Source: an uncultured Gammaproteobacteria bacterium (GTDB lineage: Bacteria > Patescibacteriota > Microgenomatia > UBA12405 > JAHJSD01). From it: DNA of 64,000 nucleotides. The DNA lies in NCBI GenBank assembly GCA_964428655.1, contig CAYRYE010000002.1, positions 103,472-167,471 of the forward strand. Reading direction: 5' to 3'. Below the pieces are notes generated by a model that saw nothing but the letters and a program-made list of their open reading frames with translations, ran no database searches and was not told the DNA's origin. A program made the position numbers and the translations under genes. Shown one piece after another: positions 47,362 to 57,109 of the stretch (position 1 is its first letter; every line of letters starts with the position of its first letter).

Positions 47362-48588
47362 ATGGCCAACGGACATCCAGCCGGTCAACTGTACTTGCCT
47401 CACTGGCGTTACCGACCAAAACTCAAGGGGCTTTCGGGGATTTATATTAATACGGCCATCCGAAATCTGGCTAACAGCCTGATTGGTATTTTTATTCCTA
47501 TCTATATCTATAAAATAACCGGCAATTTCGCTCTTGTCTTTCTTTTTTACGCCATTTTCCGTCTGGCCACAATAGTCACCACTATTCCTGCCGCCAAAAT
47601 AATTAACAAAATTGGGCCTGACCTTTCAATGTTCATTTCCAGCATTACTCGATCAATTTATTTCATCCTTCTTATTTTGGCTAAAACTTCTTCGTTATCT
47701 TTATGGCTAGCGCCGGTTTTTGGTGGAATCACTGCCTTATACTGGCTCTCTTATCACAGCGCTTTTTCGTCTCAAAGTAAAAAAAAGAGGTTGTCGCGAC
47801 AAGTAGCCAATCTTTCCAACATCACCCGCTTAGCAACGATCTTTGCTCCTCTGCTTGGTGGTTTTATTGCCGATCAACTTGGGTTCCAAGTTCTCTTTCC
47901 CGCCGGAGTGCTTCTATTAGTCGCCTCATCACTACCAATCTTTCTGGATGAATACAATAAAAAGGAAAGGGTCTTGCCTCTCCCAAAACTGGAAAAGGAA
48001 ATTTTTTCTCAAAAAAACAAGAATCTATTTTTTGCCTATTTTTTTCAAGGCATTCATGGCAATGTAACCGGCATTGCCTGGCCTTTAATCCTTTATTTAT
48101 TCCTCCCCAACTTAGAGAAAATTGGCGGACTGACCACTTTCACCCTGATTATCTCCCTTATCACCGTTAACTGGTTCAGTCGGAGAATCAACCAGTTTAA
48201 GATTCTGCCTTTTTCTCTGGGTAATATAGCCAGAAGTCTTTTGTGGCTGCTAAGAGGAATAACTGTTAATCCTTTGCTGATTATTTTTTCTGACCCTGTT
48301 TTCCAAGTTTCCTCTGTTTTCGTTAATCTCCCCCACAATATCCTTCTTTATCAATTGGGTAAAAAAAATTCCCTTTCTTTCTTTGTTCAACGAGAACTTG
48401 CTCTCCACATGGGCACTTTTGTCTCCAGCTTACTTACTTTCTTTATTCTCTTTCACGGTTTTTCTTGGCCAATTGTCACTCTTCTTGCTGTTTGGGGAAT
48501 CAATTTAAGCACCATCTTTATGACCAAGTATTCCCAGACAACAAAACCACCCTTTGAAAAATTCAAAATAAAGCTCGCCAGACTTTAA
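47362..48588 (+). CDS. MFS-like polytopic membrane transporter
   Basis: 408 aa, about 12 TM helices, two 6-TM halves. Confidence 0.5.
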   Translation: MANGHPAGQLYLPHWRYRPKLKGLSGIYINTAIRNLANSLIGIFIPIYIYKITGNFALVFLFYAIFRLATIVTTIPAAKIINKIGPDLSMFISSITRSIYFILLILAKTSSLSLWLAPVFGGITALYWLSYHSAFSSQSKKKRLSRQVANLSNITRLATIFAPLLGGFIADQLGFQVLFPAGVLLLVASSLPIFLDEYNKKERVLPLPKLEKEIFSQKNKNLFFAYFFQGIHGNVTGIAWPLILYLFLPNLEKIGGLTTFTLIISLITVNWFSRRINQFKILPFSLGNIARSLLWLLRGITVNPLLIIFSDPVFQVSSVFVNLPHNILLYQLGKKNSLSFFVQRELALHMGTFVSSLLTFFILFHGFSWPIVTLLAVWGINLSTIFMTKYSQTTKPPFEKFKIKLARL

Positions 48589-48612
48589 AGAAGTCTTTTC
48601 CGGATCAATCAG

Positions 48613-49734
48613 CTATTTGTGAGCCCAGTGTGAGATATCAATCAAAACTACGTGCTTGTCGTCATAATCACCGGAGTTGGAAACAATTTTCACAGCCCCA
48701 TCCTTTTTAAGCACTGCTTCATCTTCAATCTCGGGAGAGCAGTAATCTGTGCCATCTGAACCAACCAAAAGAACAACTTGACGCCCAGCCCCATACACCT
48801 CGCTAGACGCAAATTCTGCCTTTTTCATTACTCCTATTCTCAGGTTTTTCTCAAATGCGCGGCGCGGCTGACCAAATGCAGTATCGATTGCTCCTTCTAA
48901 GTTGTCAACAGTTTCCGCTGCCCCTTGCGGCGTATTCTCTGCTTCTATAAATCTTCCAAGCAATTCCTGCCTTGCTTCACTAACTGCCTGGCTGATTTCT
49001 GATGGCGTCATTTCTTCAGTAGAACCAATATATCTCCTCAGTATATTTTGAGGCACTTCTAAAATTCTTTTTTCTTCAGGCTGAGCGCTGGAAATTAATT
49101 CAAGTCTTTCATCTCCCGCATAAGCCCAGGCAATATGATCTTCGGTAATCAAAACAACTGCGCCGGCAGTAGAATAATCAAATTTATCTTTTCTTCTCGC
49201 TCCTTTATAAGCCTGGTGAATCCGTCCATTCATATAAAGTGCCAATCGGCCGCAAAATTCCTGAGGAGAATCACTGAGACTATTTTCAAAGGCTTCTTCT
49301 CCACGAGCCACAGCGCTTACAGCACTCTGCGCGGCTTCTATGCCTTGAGTGGCTGCCATATGCCCATTTCCGCCCTCACTAACACCGTCAAGAGAAACAA
49401 TTAAAAGAGACTCACCAAACTTTGGGTGTTTAAAAACAGCCGCCAACATTCTGTCGTCACCGCCAACACCTTTTGCCTCCTTATCACTTCTAGCTTGAAT
49501 AGCGGCGCTGACAAACAATCTGGATTCTGCCAAAGAAACATTTCTTTGCATTTGGTGCATCGGCGGCTTTGCGCCCTCCACCACTTCCCTGCCCAAAGCC
49601 AAATAATTATTTCCAAGATGATCTTTTTCTTTTTTTTGAACTGAAATAATATCTTCTCCCATATTTTGCAATCTTTTCCGTAATCTGTTATACACTACAT
49701 ATAACATAAATGAGTCCTGAACATCAAAAAGCAA
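48613..49734 (-). CDS. PP2C-like (SpoIIE/PPM family) phosphatase-like protein, degenerate
   Basis: VSLDGVSEGGNGHMAATQG resembles VADGMGGH..G PPM motif; AYAGDERL resembles GDSR motif. Confidence 0.4.
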   Translation of the reverse strand: MLFDVQDSFMLYVVYNRLRKRLQNMGEDIISVQKKEKDHLGNNYLALGREVVEGAKPPMHQMQRNVSLAESRLFVSAAIQARSDKEAKGVGGDDRMLAAVFKHPKFGESLLIVSLDGVSEGGNGHMAATQGIEAAQSAVSAVARGEEAFENSLSDSPQEFCGRLALYMNGRIHQAYKGARRKDKFDYSTAGAVVLITEDHIAWAYAGDERLELISSAQPEEKRILEVPQNILRRYIGSTEEMTPSEISQAVSEARQELLGRFIEAENTPQGAAETVDNLEGAIDTAFGQPRRAFEKNLRIGVMKKAEFASSEVYGAGRQVVLLVGSDGTDYCSPEIEDEAVLKKDGAVKIVSNSGDYDDKHVVLIDISHWAHK

Positions 49735-49756
49735 AAAACATAATTATTATTACTTA

Positions 49757-49825
49757 GTCGCTTTAAACCCGAAACTTCGGGGTAAAAAGCGGCATGACCA
49801 AAATCCTTCGCGAGAAGGGTTTTTT
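49757..49825 (+). promoter_or_regulatory. ileS 5' leader: long hairpin (49757-49793) and intrinsic-terminator-like hairpin ccttcgcgagaagg + T-run (49805-49825) ending about 19 nt before the ATG
   Basis: Stems and T-run read directly; TACAAT at 49832-49837 only 6 nt before ATG. Confidence 0.45.
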
Positions 49826-49843
49826 GTTTGTTACAATAGAAAT

Positions 49844-52792
49844 ATGGTTAGGAAAAATAAGCCACCAAAAAAATATTTCAAAGAAGTGCCGGCTAAGTTT
49901 GATTTTATTGGCAATGAGAAAACGCTTTTGGATTGGTGGTATAAAAGCGGCGTGGTTAAAAAGTATCTAGATAAAAACAAGGACTCTAAAAAGAGATTCT
50001 CTTTTATAGATGGGCCTATCACCGCCAACAACCCCATGGGGGTTCATCACGCCTGGGGCCGAACCTTGAAAGATTTATATCAGCGCTACAAAAATATGCA
50101 AGGCTTCAAACAGCGCTTCCAAAATGGCTTTGACTGCCAGGGATTATGGATCGAAGTTGAAGTAGAAAAGGAAAGAAAATTTAAAACTAAAAAAGATATT
50201 GAAAAATACGGTATTGCTGAATTCGTTGAAGACTGCAAAAACAGGGTTCGAAAATATTCGAAAGTGCAAATTGAACAATCCAAAAAGCTAGGCTACTTTA
50301 TGGATTGGGGCAACGATTACTACACAATGAGCGATGAAAATAACTACGGCATTTGGAGTTTTCTGAAAAAAGTCTGGCAAGACGACAACCTTTATAAGGG
50401 CCGCGACAGCGTGCCCTGGTGCCCCCGCTGCGGCACAGCTATTTCCCAACACGAAATTTTAACTGAAGAATATAAAAAAATAACACACGATTCAATTTAT
50501 TTTGAACTCCCCATTGTTAGTCGTGACAACGAACGCTTTCTTGTCTGGACAACAACACCATGGACTTTGCCAGGAAACGTTGCTTTAGCTGTTCATCCAG
50601 AACTGGAATATTGGCTAATTAAAGGTTTTACTGGTATAAATTTTTGGATAGCCGGCCCACTAGCTAAAACGGTTTTTAATACTGATGTTAAGGCCATAAA
50701 AAAAATCAAGGGTAATAAATTGGTAGGGCTTAAATACACTGCGCCCTTTGATGAATGGCCTGCTGTTCAGGCCGCCAAAAAAGAAAATCCCAAAACTTTC
50801 CATACCGTAGTCGCCTCTAAAGAAATGGTGGCAGAAGATGAAGGAACCGGAATCGTTCATATTGCCACCGGCTGCGGCACTGAAGATTTCCGCCTTGGAC
50901 AAGAGAAAAAGCTGCCGGTTTTACCAACGATTGATGAAGCGGCTTGCTACCTAAATGGTTTTGGAGACTTAAGTCATAAGAATGCAAAAAACAATCCTCG
51001 ACTGGCTTTAGACCATCCATTATTAAAAGTTAAAGTCGGCAATCCTGCTGAAGACTATATTTTTGAAATTAAACCTTACACCCATCGCTATCCTGTCTGC
51101 TGGCGTTGCCAAACTGAACTCGTCTGGCGGGTAGTTGATGAGTGGTATATTGCTATGGACAATCAGCATCAACCCAAGGCGAAAAACTATCGTCAACGAC
51201 TAATGCAGATTATTAAAAAAGTTCATTGGATCCCCTCTTTTGGCTATGCCCGCGAATTAGACTGGCTTCGCAATATGGAAGATTGGCTCATTTCTAAAAA
51301 ACGCTATTGGGGCTTAGCTTTACCCATTTGGGAATGCTCGTGCGGTCATTTTGAAGTGATTGGCTCAAAAGAAGAATTAGAAAAAAAGGCAGTTGAAGGC
51401 TGGAAAGAATTCATTGGCCACACTCCACACCGACCCTGGATAGACAAAGTAAAAATCAAATGCCCCCAATGCGGTCAATTGATTAGCCGAATTTTAGATG
51501 TGGGCAATCCTTGGCTAGATGCAGGCATTGTTTCTTTTTCTACCCTGAAATATTTTAAAAAGCGTCAATACTGGCAGAAGTGGTTCCCTGCTGACTTAGT
51601 GCTTGAGTGTTTTCCGGGCCAGTTTAAAAACTGGTTCTATTCTCTTTTGGCCATGAGTGCTGTTTTGGAAAAGACAGCCCCTTTTAAAACTCTTTTAGGC
51701 CACGCTCTGGTCCGTGACGAAAAGGGCGAGGAAATGCACAAAAGCAAAGGTAATGCTATTTGGTTTGACGAGGCGGCAGAGAAAATGGGGGTTGACGCCA
51801 TGCGGTGGCTGTATGCGCGGCAGGAACCGAAATTTAATCTCAATTTCGGCTACGGCATTGCTGATGAAGTCAGAAGGCAATATATTTTCCTGCTTTGGAA
51901 CACTTATCGGTTCTTTGTTACCTATGCCAATTTAAATGGTTGGAAACCAAAGAAAAAATGGCCAAATGGTCAAATGGCCAAATGGTCGAAATTGGATAAA
52001 TGGATCTTGTCTCGTCTAGAATCAACTAAAAAAGTCGCTAAAGAAAAACTTGACGACTACCACCATCACGAAGCAATTAAAGCTATTGAAAAATTTCTGA
52101 ATGATCTTTCTTTATGGTACGTTAGAAGATCCAGAGAAAGAGTTAATCCTAACAACAGAGATAAAAAAGACAGAAGCGCTTGCCTCCCCACCTTATATTA
52201 TGTTCTGAAGAACCTCTCTCTAATTCTGGCTCCATTTGTTCCCTATTTAACAGAGACTATTTGGCAGGGATTAACTAATTCTGACAACTCTGTCCACCTT
52301 CAAAATTGGCCAGAAACAAAAAAAGAATTAATTAACAAAAAATTAGAAAAGCAAATGGCATTGGTGCGGGAAATTGTCACTCTCGGTCATAGTCAAAGAA
52401 AGGCAAAGCAAATTAAGGTTAGACAACCATTAAAAAAGTTCAAAGTTCAAAGTTCAAAGTTCAAAGTTAGTGAAGTCTTAATTCAACTAATTAAAGACGA
52501 ATTAAACGCAAAAGAAGTAGAAATTAAAACCGGAAAGGGCGAATTAAAAGTTGAGTTTGATACAAAAATCACCCTGGAACTAAAAGCAGAGGGTGAGGTA
52601 CGAGAATTGATCCGCCAAGTTCAAATCCTGCGCCGCGAAGCGGGATTATCTTTAGACGACAAAATCACTATCCACGCCCCCTCCTGGCCAAAAAAATGGG
52701 AAAAGGAAATACTAACACGAACTGGAGCTAAAGAAATTAAAAAAGGAAAAAAGCTCAAAATTATCACTAATTCTGACTTTAAGAACACCTAA
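49844..52792 (+). CDS. ileS: isoleucyl-tRNA synthetase (type 2-like), with atypical HIGH/KMSKS regions and two internal tandem repeats
   Basis: 982 aa; GPITANNPMGVHHAW aligns to GPPYANGSIHIGH; editing CP1 TTTPWTLPGNVALAV; EMHKSKGN at KMSKS position; WCPRCGT zinc motif. Confidence 0.85.
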   Translation: MVRKNKPPKKYFKEVPAKFDFIGNEKTLLDWWYKSGVVKKYLDKNKDSKKRFSFIDGPITANNPMGVHHAWGRTLKDLYQRYKNMQGFKQRFQNGFDCQGLWIEVEVEKERKFKTKKDIEKYGIAEFVEDCKNRVRKYSKVQIEQSKKLGYFMDWGNDYYTMSDENNYGIWSFLKKVWQDDNLYKGRDSVPWCPRCGTAISQHEILTEEYKKITHDSIYFELPIVSRDNERFLVWTTTPWTLPGNVALAVHPELEYWLIKGFTGINFWIAGPLAKTVFNTDVKAIKKIKGNKLVGLKYTAPFDEWPAVQAAKKENPKTFHTVVASKEMVAEDEGTGIVHIATGCGTEDFRLGQEKKLPVLPTIDEAACYLNGFGDLSHKNAKNNPRLALDHPLLKVKVGNPAEDYIFEIKPYTHRYPVCWRCQTELVWRVVDEWYIAMDNQHQPKAKNYRQRLMQIIKKVHWIPSFGYARELDWLRNMEDWLISKKRYWGLALPIWECSCGHFEVIGSKEELEKKAVEGWKEFIGHTPHRPWIDKVKIKCPQCGQLISRILDVGNPWLDAGIVSFSTLKYFKKRQYWQKWFPADLVLECFPGQFKNWFYSLLAMSAVLEKTAPFKTLLGHALVRDEKGEEMHKSKGNAIWFDEAAEKMGVDAMRWLYARQEPKFNLNFGYGIADEVRRQYIFLLWNTYRFFVTYANLNGWKPKKKWPNGQMAKWSKLDKWILSRLESTKKVAKEKLDDYHHHEAIKAIEKFLNDLSLWYVRRSRERVNPNNRDKKDRSACLPTLYYVLKNLSLILAPFVPYLTETIWQGLTNSDNSVHLQNWPETKKELINKKLEKQMALVREIVTLGHSQRKAKQIKVRQPLKKFKVQSSKFKVSEVLIQLIKDELNAKEVEIKTGKGELKVEFDTKITLELKAEGEVRELIRQVQILRREAGLSLDDKITIHAPSWPKKWEKEILTRTGAKEIKKGKKLKIITNSDFKNT
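51956..51993. repeat. tandem repeat (ccaaatggt/caaatggc 8-nt units) inside ileS
   Basis: aaatggccaaatggtcaaatggccaaatggtcgaaatt read directly. Confidence 0.8.
52438..52468. repeat. tandem repeat gttcaaa x4 inside ileS
   Basis: gttcaaagttcaaagttcaaagttcaaagtt read directly. Confidence 0.85.
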
Positions 52793-52799
52793 AGAATAA

Positions 52800-53174
52800 T
52801 TACCCCTCTATTCTCTTCCAATCTACTCTAACCATCAACTTCCGTGTCCTCCGCTCCTGAGCTCGCCGCCTCGGCCCACCTCCTGGCAGACGCCCTGATT
52901 TTGGTCTTCCTGAATCGCTTTTTCTTGTTGAAGCGTGAGTAGTGCCTTTTCTGCTATGTCCAGACATTGCCAATCGGTTAAGCTCTTTTTTATCAAGAGG
53001 CTGTGTGCGACCCACTTCCACAATTCGCCTACTAACTCTGGTGTGGGGGCCAAATTGATTAGACCACCTTTCCACTAGAAAAACTGCATCTTTGTGCCCA
53101 CCTTGCTCCAAGCGTTTAACAACCTGCCCAAGAGTTAGAGTTTCATTTCCCTGTTCTGGTTTTCCTGAATTCAT
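52800..53174 (-). CDS. hypothetical basic GC-rich protein (124 aa)
   Basis: ORF only; Arg/Gly-rich C-terminus. Confidence 0.3.
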   Translation of the reverse strand: MNSGKPEQGNETLTLGQVVKRLEQGGHKDAVFLVERWSNQFGPHTRVSRRIVEVGRTQPLDKKELNRLAMSGHSRKGTTHASTRKSDSGRPKSGRLPGGGPRRRAQERRTRKLMVRVDWKRIEG

Positions 53175-53242
53175 TTTGTTTGACCAGTCAATTATAAATA
53201 ATTAAACCGGGTTATTATTATAACAGCTCAAAAGCTCGAAGG

Positions 53243-54118
53243 TTACCAAAGCTTTCTAATCACCTCAGCGATTTTCTGGCAAAAAAGGACTCCGCCGGGG
53301 CCAGAGGGGTGGAGATTATCGCCGGCGTTAATATAAGTTAGTTTTCCTTCGCCGTTTGCGTCCATTGAAGGATGATAGGCATCAGCCAGAGAATAACCCT
53401 GAGAGGTAGCAAAATTGATTAAGTTTTGCAAATATTTTTTAACTGTTAGCACTCTAGCTCTTTTTTGGTCAGGAGGCCAATCAATACCGTCAATGCCATC
53501 GCCATAAACAGATGAATTAGGAGCAATAGTGGCCGCCAAAATGATTTTGGTTTTTGGCGAAAGCTGCTCTACCTTAGTGATTATCTCGGCAATTAAAAGC
53601 CATTGTTTATCCAACCCTTCTTGACTATCACCAAAGTTATTATAAGCAAAAGATTCTAAAACTAAAATATCAGGTTGAATCGACACAACCGAGGGAAAGT
53701 TTCTACCCAAATACTCATATTCGTTAGTCAGCCTATAAAGAGCATGCCCCAAATTACTGGCGCCAACACCAAAGTTATAGAGACTAAGATTAGTATTGGG
53801 AAAATAATTCTTCAAAGCGGTTTGAAGCTGAGGTAAATCTGATTGCAAAACGTCAATCATTGAATCACCTAAGACCGCAACAGCTAGGGACTTTGGTCCT
53901 GATTGCTTTTCGACTTCAACACCTAACACCTGTGGTGTTGACCTCGCTTCAGGTGTAGGGGTAGGGGTTGGCTCCTGCGCTAACAGTAAGCCAAAGCCGC
54001 TAATTTGGGGCTCACCCAATAATTGGCCAAATTGACTAACTTGAGCTTCTGCCTTTATTGAAACCCAAAAAAGTAAGCAAAGTAAAAAAACAGGGAAAAA
54101 TGCTAATTTCTGCTTCAC
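53243..54118 (-). CDS. secreted SGNH/GDSL-family hydrolase
   Basis: Signal peptide; block I AVLGDSM (GDS), C-terminal DNLHPSGPGG (DxxH). Confidence 0.65.
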   Translation of the reverse strand: MKQKLAFFPVFLLCLLFWVSIKAEAQVSQFGQLLGEPQISGFGLLLAQEPTPTPTPEARSTPQVLGVEVEKQSGPKSLAVAVLGDSMIDVLQSDLPQLQTALKNYFPNTNLSLYNFGVGASNLGHALYRLTNEYEYLGRNFPSVVSIQPDILVLESFAYNNFGDSQEGLDKQWLLIAEIITKVEQLSPKTKIILAATIAPNSSVYGDGIDGIDWPPDQKRARVLTVKKYLQNLINFATSQGYSLADAYHPSMDANGEGKLTYINAGDNLHPSGPGGVLFCQKIAEVIRKLW

Positions 54119-54177
54119 AAAATCAGTCTAAGTTTTCTTTTCTAATCTGTCAACCAATTTTTGCTAAAATATACCAT

Positions 54178-55179
54178 ATGTTTAAAAAGGCTGCATTGTT
54201 GGCTTTAGGCCTGTCTTTGGCAATTGGCGGGATTTGCCTGCTGTTCGGTCCCAACCAATCTCCTTCTAAAATTCTCTCGCCCCTAACCAGGTTTAATAAG
54301 CCAACCTCCGTGCCAAAACCTTTAGAAAAATATTATTTTGAGAATCTTAGAAAACAAAAGTTTCCTGGCAGTGAAATTAAATTGGAGAAAATAATTAAAG
54401 AGGAAGAAAAATACACTTCCTGGCTATTCTCATTCCAAAGTAATAATAAAAAAGTTACTGGGATGGCTAACATTCCGATGGGGTCGGGAAAATTACCAGT
54501 AATTATTATGCTTAGAGGCTATGTTGATGATGAAATCTATTTCACTGGTTTGGGCACCAGAAAAGCAGCTGGAGTATTTGCTGAAAACGGATTTATCACC
54601 CTCGCGCCTGATTTTTTGGGGTTTGGCAACTCTGACTCACCTTCAGAAGATATCCTAGAGGCCCGTTTTGCCCGACCAATTACAGTTTTAAACCTCCTGG
54701 CGTCAGTAAAAACCCTGCCGCAAGCAAACCTTGAAAAAATCTTTTTCTGGGCCCATTCCAACGGCGGCCAAATTGCTTTATCAGTTCTGGAAATTACTCA
54801 AAAAGATATTCCCACCACTCTTTGGGCACCGATTACCAAAGGCTTTCCTGAATCAATTCTCCATTACATGGATGATTATGAAAATTTAGATGAATTGGGT
54901 AAGGAGGTTTATGACAAAATCACTAATTTTTGCAAAAATTATAATTCCCAAAAAGTATCTATAAACAATTATTTTGCTGACATCAATGCCCCAATTCAAG
55001 TCCATCAAGGCAGTCAAGACCCTTTAATTGACCAAAAATGGTCAGATGAATTTGTCGAAAAAATAAAGAATTTGGGTGAAGATATTACTTATTTCAAATA
55101 CTCCAAAAGCAATCACCATCTAAAACAAGACTGGGATGAAGTAGTTGAAAAAGATTTAGAGTTTTTTAAAAATTTTTAG
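54178..55179 (+). CDS. alpha/beta-hydrolase (dienelactone hydrolase / S9 peptidase-like) with N-terminal TM
   Basis: Internal ATG at 54178 chosen (upstream part overlaps SGNH gene); nucleophile elbow WAHSNGG, catalytic Asp/His region QDPLID...H. Confidence 0.6.
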   Translation: MFKKAALLALGLSLAIGGICLLFGPNQSPSKILSPLTRFNKPTSVPKPLEKYYFENLRKQKFPGSEIKLEKIIKEEEKYTSWLFSFQSNNKKVTGMANIPMGSGKLPVIIMLRGYVDDEIYFTGLGTRKAAGVFAENGFITLAPDFLGFGNSDSPSEDILEARFARPITVLNLLASVKTLPQANLEKIFFWAHSNGGQIALSVLEITQKDIPTTLWAPITKGFPESILHYMDDYENLDELGKEVYDKITNFCKNYNSQKVSINNYFADINAPIQVHQGSQDPLIDQKWSDEFVEKIKNLGEDITYFKYSKSNHHLKQDWDEVVEKDLEFFKNF

Positions 55180-55197
55180 ATAGGAACAATTTTTTCT

Positions 55198-55401
55198 CTA
55201 CCTAACTTCCTTATTTCGCAGAATGGCGGCGCTTCTGCTTGAACCAGTCTGACACCAATAGGGTCTAGGTGAAATATTTAAAAAACGTTCGTTTCTGCAA
55301 CCGAAAACACAATGTCCTTCGCCCACTTTTTGTCTTGAACCCAAAAATCTAGTACAGTCTCCGCAAAACCTTGGCAGGGGTAATCTAGATAATTTTTTCA
55401 T
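55198..55401 (-). CDS. hypothetical Cys-rich small protein (67 aa)
   Basis: 6 Cys (FCGDC...GHCVFGC); ORF only. Confidence 0.25.
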   Translation of the reverse strand: MKKLSRLPLPRFCGDCTRFLGSRQKVGEGHCVFGCRNERFLNISPRPYWCQTGSSRSAAILRNKEVR

Positions 55402-55440
55402 TATAAGCTATTTTAACATCAAACGCCCTTTTGGAGAAGA

Positions 55441-55725
55441 TTAAGGATTTAGGTAAGAAGGCAATCTGTACTCAGTGGTGCGCCTAACAATAACCTTTGT
55501 TCCGCCCGCCGCAGCTGGTCCCTTCAAAAATCTAACTGTTGCCCCCGGCGCTAATTTCCTGTTCCCAAACAGATCTCTCACTTTCAATCTAGGAGGATGG
55601 CCAGGCCGAACCCGTAAGGTTGCTTTACCCAAAACAGTATTGCCTCGTACTGTTAAATCAACTCTCGGATCAATCATTGCCTCACCAGGCCTACCCGGAT
55701 AAGTTATAATTGTCTCACCTGCCAT
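55441..55725 (-). CDS. hypothetical GC-rich small protein (94 aa)
   Basis: ORF only. Confidence 0.25.
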   Translation of the reverse strand: MAGETIITYPGRPGEAMIDPRVDLTVRGNTVLGKATLRVRPGHPPRLKVRDLFGNRKLAPGATVRFLKGPAAAGGTKVIVRRTTEYRLPSYLNP

Positions 55726-55734
55726 ATTGTCCGA

Positions 55735-57090
55735 TTATATCACAATTTGCGTTATTCTATCTTTCCTTCTTTTCTTCTCCCAAAACTCACCTCGGCGGCA
55801 AAGCAAACCTTGAGCCTGGGATTTATCAACCATTAAGGCTTTAACTACTATTTCTAAAAAAATTGTATTTTGGGAACCCTTAACTAAAAGCAATTCCTTG
55901 CCTTTCAGATGCCCTTTTAGAAAATCAGCCGCTTGCCAAGCGGTTTTAAAAGCATTGATTTTGCTTTTAACAAATCCTAACTTTAAAGCCTTTGGCAGAA
56001 AATACTGTTTCATTTCCAAACCAACCAGAACAATTTCGTCAGCTACTTTAACCGCCTGCCTAGCTGCTTTCTCATGCTCAATTTTTGATTGGCTACCCAG
56101 CTCTCTCATATCACCTAAAACAGCGATCTTTTTCCTTTTAGTCTCTTTACCATATTTATCGAGCAAATCCAGCATTGTTGTTACTGCTTTCGGCGAAGAA
56201 TTATACGAAGAGTCAATTATCAAAGTGTCTTTAATGCCTTTGATTAAACTTGACCTGCCCGGGGGCAAAACAAAATATTTCTTAATCCCGGTAATCGCTT
56301 TTTTGGAATTAATGCCTAGCGCTTCAGCTATACCAACGGCTAAGCCAAAATTAATTTCATATACCTCGGGTAAAACACAATCTTTAAAATCTATTGAAAC
56401 TTTTTCCGCCTTAATTATTTTCGCCTTTGTCAGCTTTGCTCGTTTTTTAACAAATTCATCACCAAAGTTTAAAACCGCATAACCTTCTTTTGACAAATTG
56501 GCAATTAGCTTGGCTTTTTCGTCGGCGATAGCGCTAAGCACAGCGGACTCTCCAGGGGTGGCTCTAGACTCTCCCGGAGTGACCACAGAAACAACAGCCT
56601 CAAACTGCATGCTGTGAACCGGGGTAACACCGATGAAAACACCAATCTGGGGTTGAATAATTTTCAACAAATAACCCATATTCTTAGGCTCTGTTGGCTC
56701 ATCCACTCCCATTTCAACTACATAAACGTCATAGTCCTGCCAATTAACCAAGAGCGTTAAGGGAGAAAGAATGGCCACTCTCGCCCAATCAAAGAGAGAA
56801 AAATCTTTCATCTTTAAGCCTAAAATATTAAGAGGAATCCCACTTTCAGAATTAGCTTTTTCAGAGTACTTGACTTTGAAACTATCTTTTAGGGCTGCCG
56901 CTGTAGCATACATGGTCGAAGTTTTCCCAACCGACCCAGTAATGCCCACAATAACAACTTCTTTCTTTCTCCTCAATCTCCGAAAAAAATTAATCTTCGC
57001 CAACTGAATCTTAGAAAGGATCCGCAAATAGTGAAGAAATAATAATCCCACTCTCGATTTGAGTTTCATCGGACATAAACTCAGGGGCAA
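55735..57090 (-). CDS. murF: UDP-N-acetylmuramoyl-tripeptide--D-alanyl-D-alanine ligase, short N-terminus
   Basis: 451 aa; P-loop GITGSVGKTST, IIDSSYNSSP (MurF DDSYNANP motif). Confidence 0.7.
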   Translation of the reverse strand: MPLSLCPMKLKSRVGLLFLHYLRILSKIQLAKINFFRRLRRKKEVVIVGITGSVGKTSTMYATAAALKDSFKVKYSEKANSESGIPLNILGLKMKDFSLFDWARVAILSPLTLLVNWQDYDVYVVEMGVDEPTEPKNMGYLLKIIQPQIGVFIGVTPVHSMQFEAVVSVVTPGESRATPGESAVLSAIADEKAKLIANLSKEGYAVLNFGDEFVKKRAKLTKAKIIKAEKVSIDFKDCVLPEVYEINFGLAVGIAEALGINSKKAITGIKKYFVLPPGRSSLIKGIKDTLIIDSSYNSSPKAVTTMLDLLDKYGKETKRKKIAVLGDMRELGSQSKIEHEKAARQAVKVADEIVLVGLEMKQYFLPKALKLGFVKSKINAFKTAWQAADFLKGHLKGKELLLVKGSQNTIFLEIVVKALMVDKSQAQGLLCRRGEFWEKKRRKDRITQIVI

Positions 57091-57109
57091 ATTATACCTT
57101 TTTCAACAA

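Noticed and set aside
6598-52468. CRISPR array interpretation of the tandem repeats
   Set aside because: Units are 7-13 nt with no spacers, lie inside genes, and there are no cas genes; these are microsatellite-like repeats.
54058-54177. Upstream 40 codons of the listed 54058-55179 ORF
   Set aside because: Overlaps the N-terminus of the SGNH hydrolase gene on the other strand; internal ATG at 54178 begins a proper signal/TM segment.
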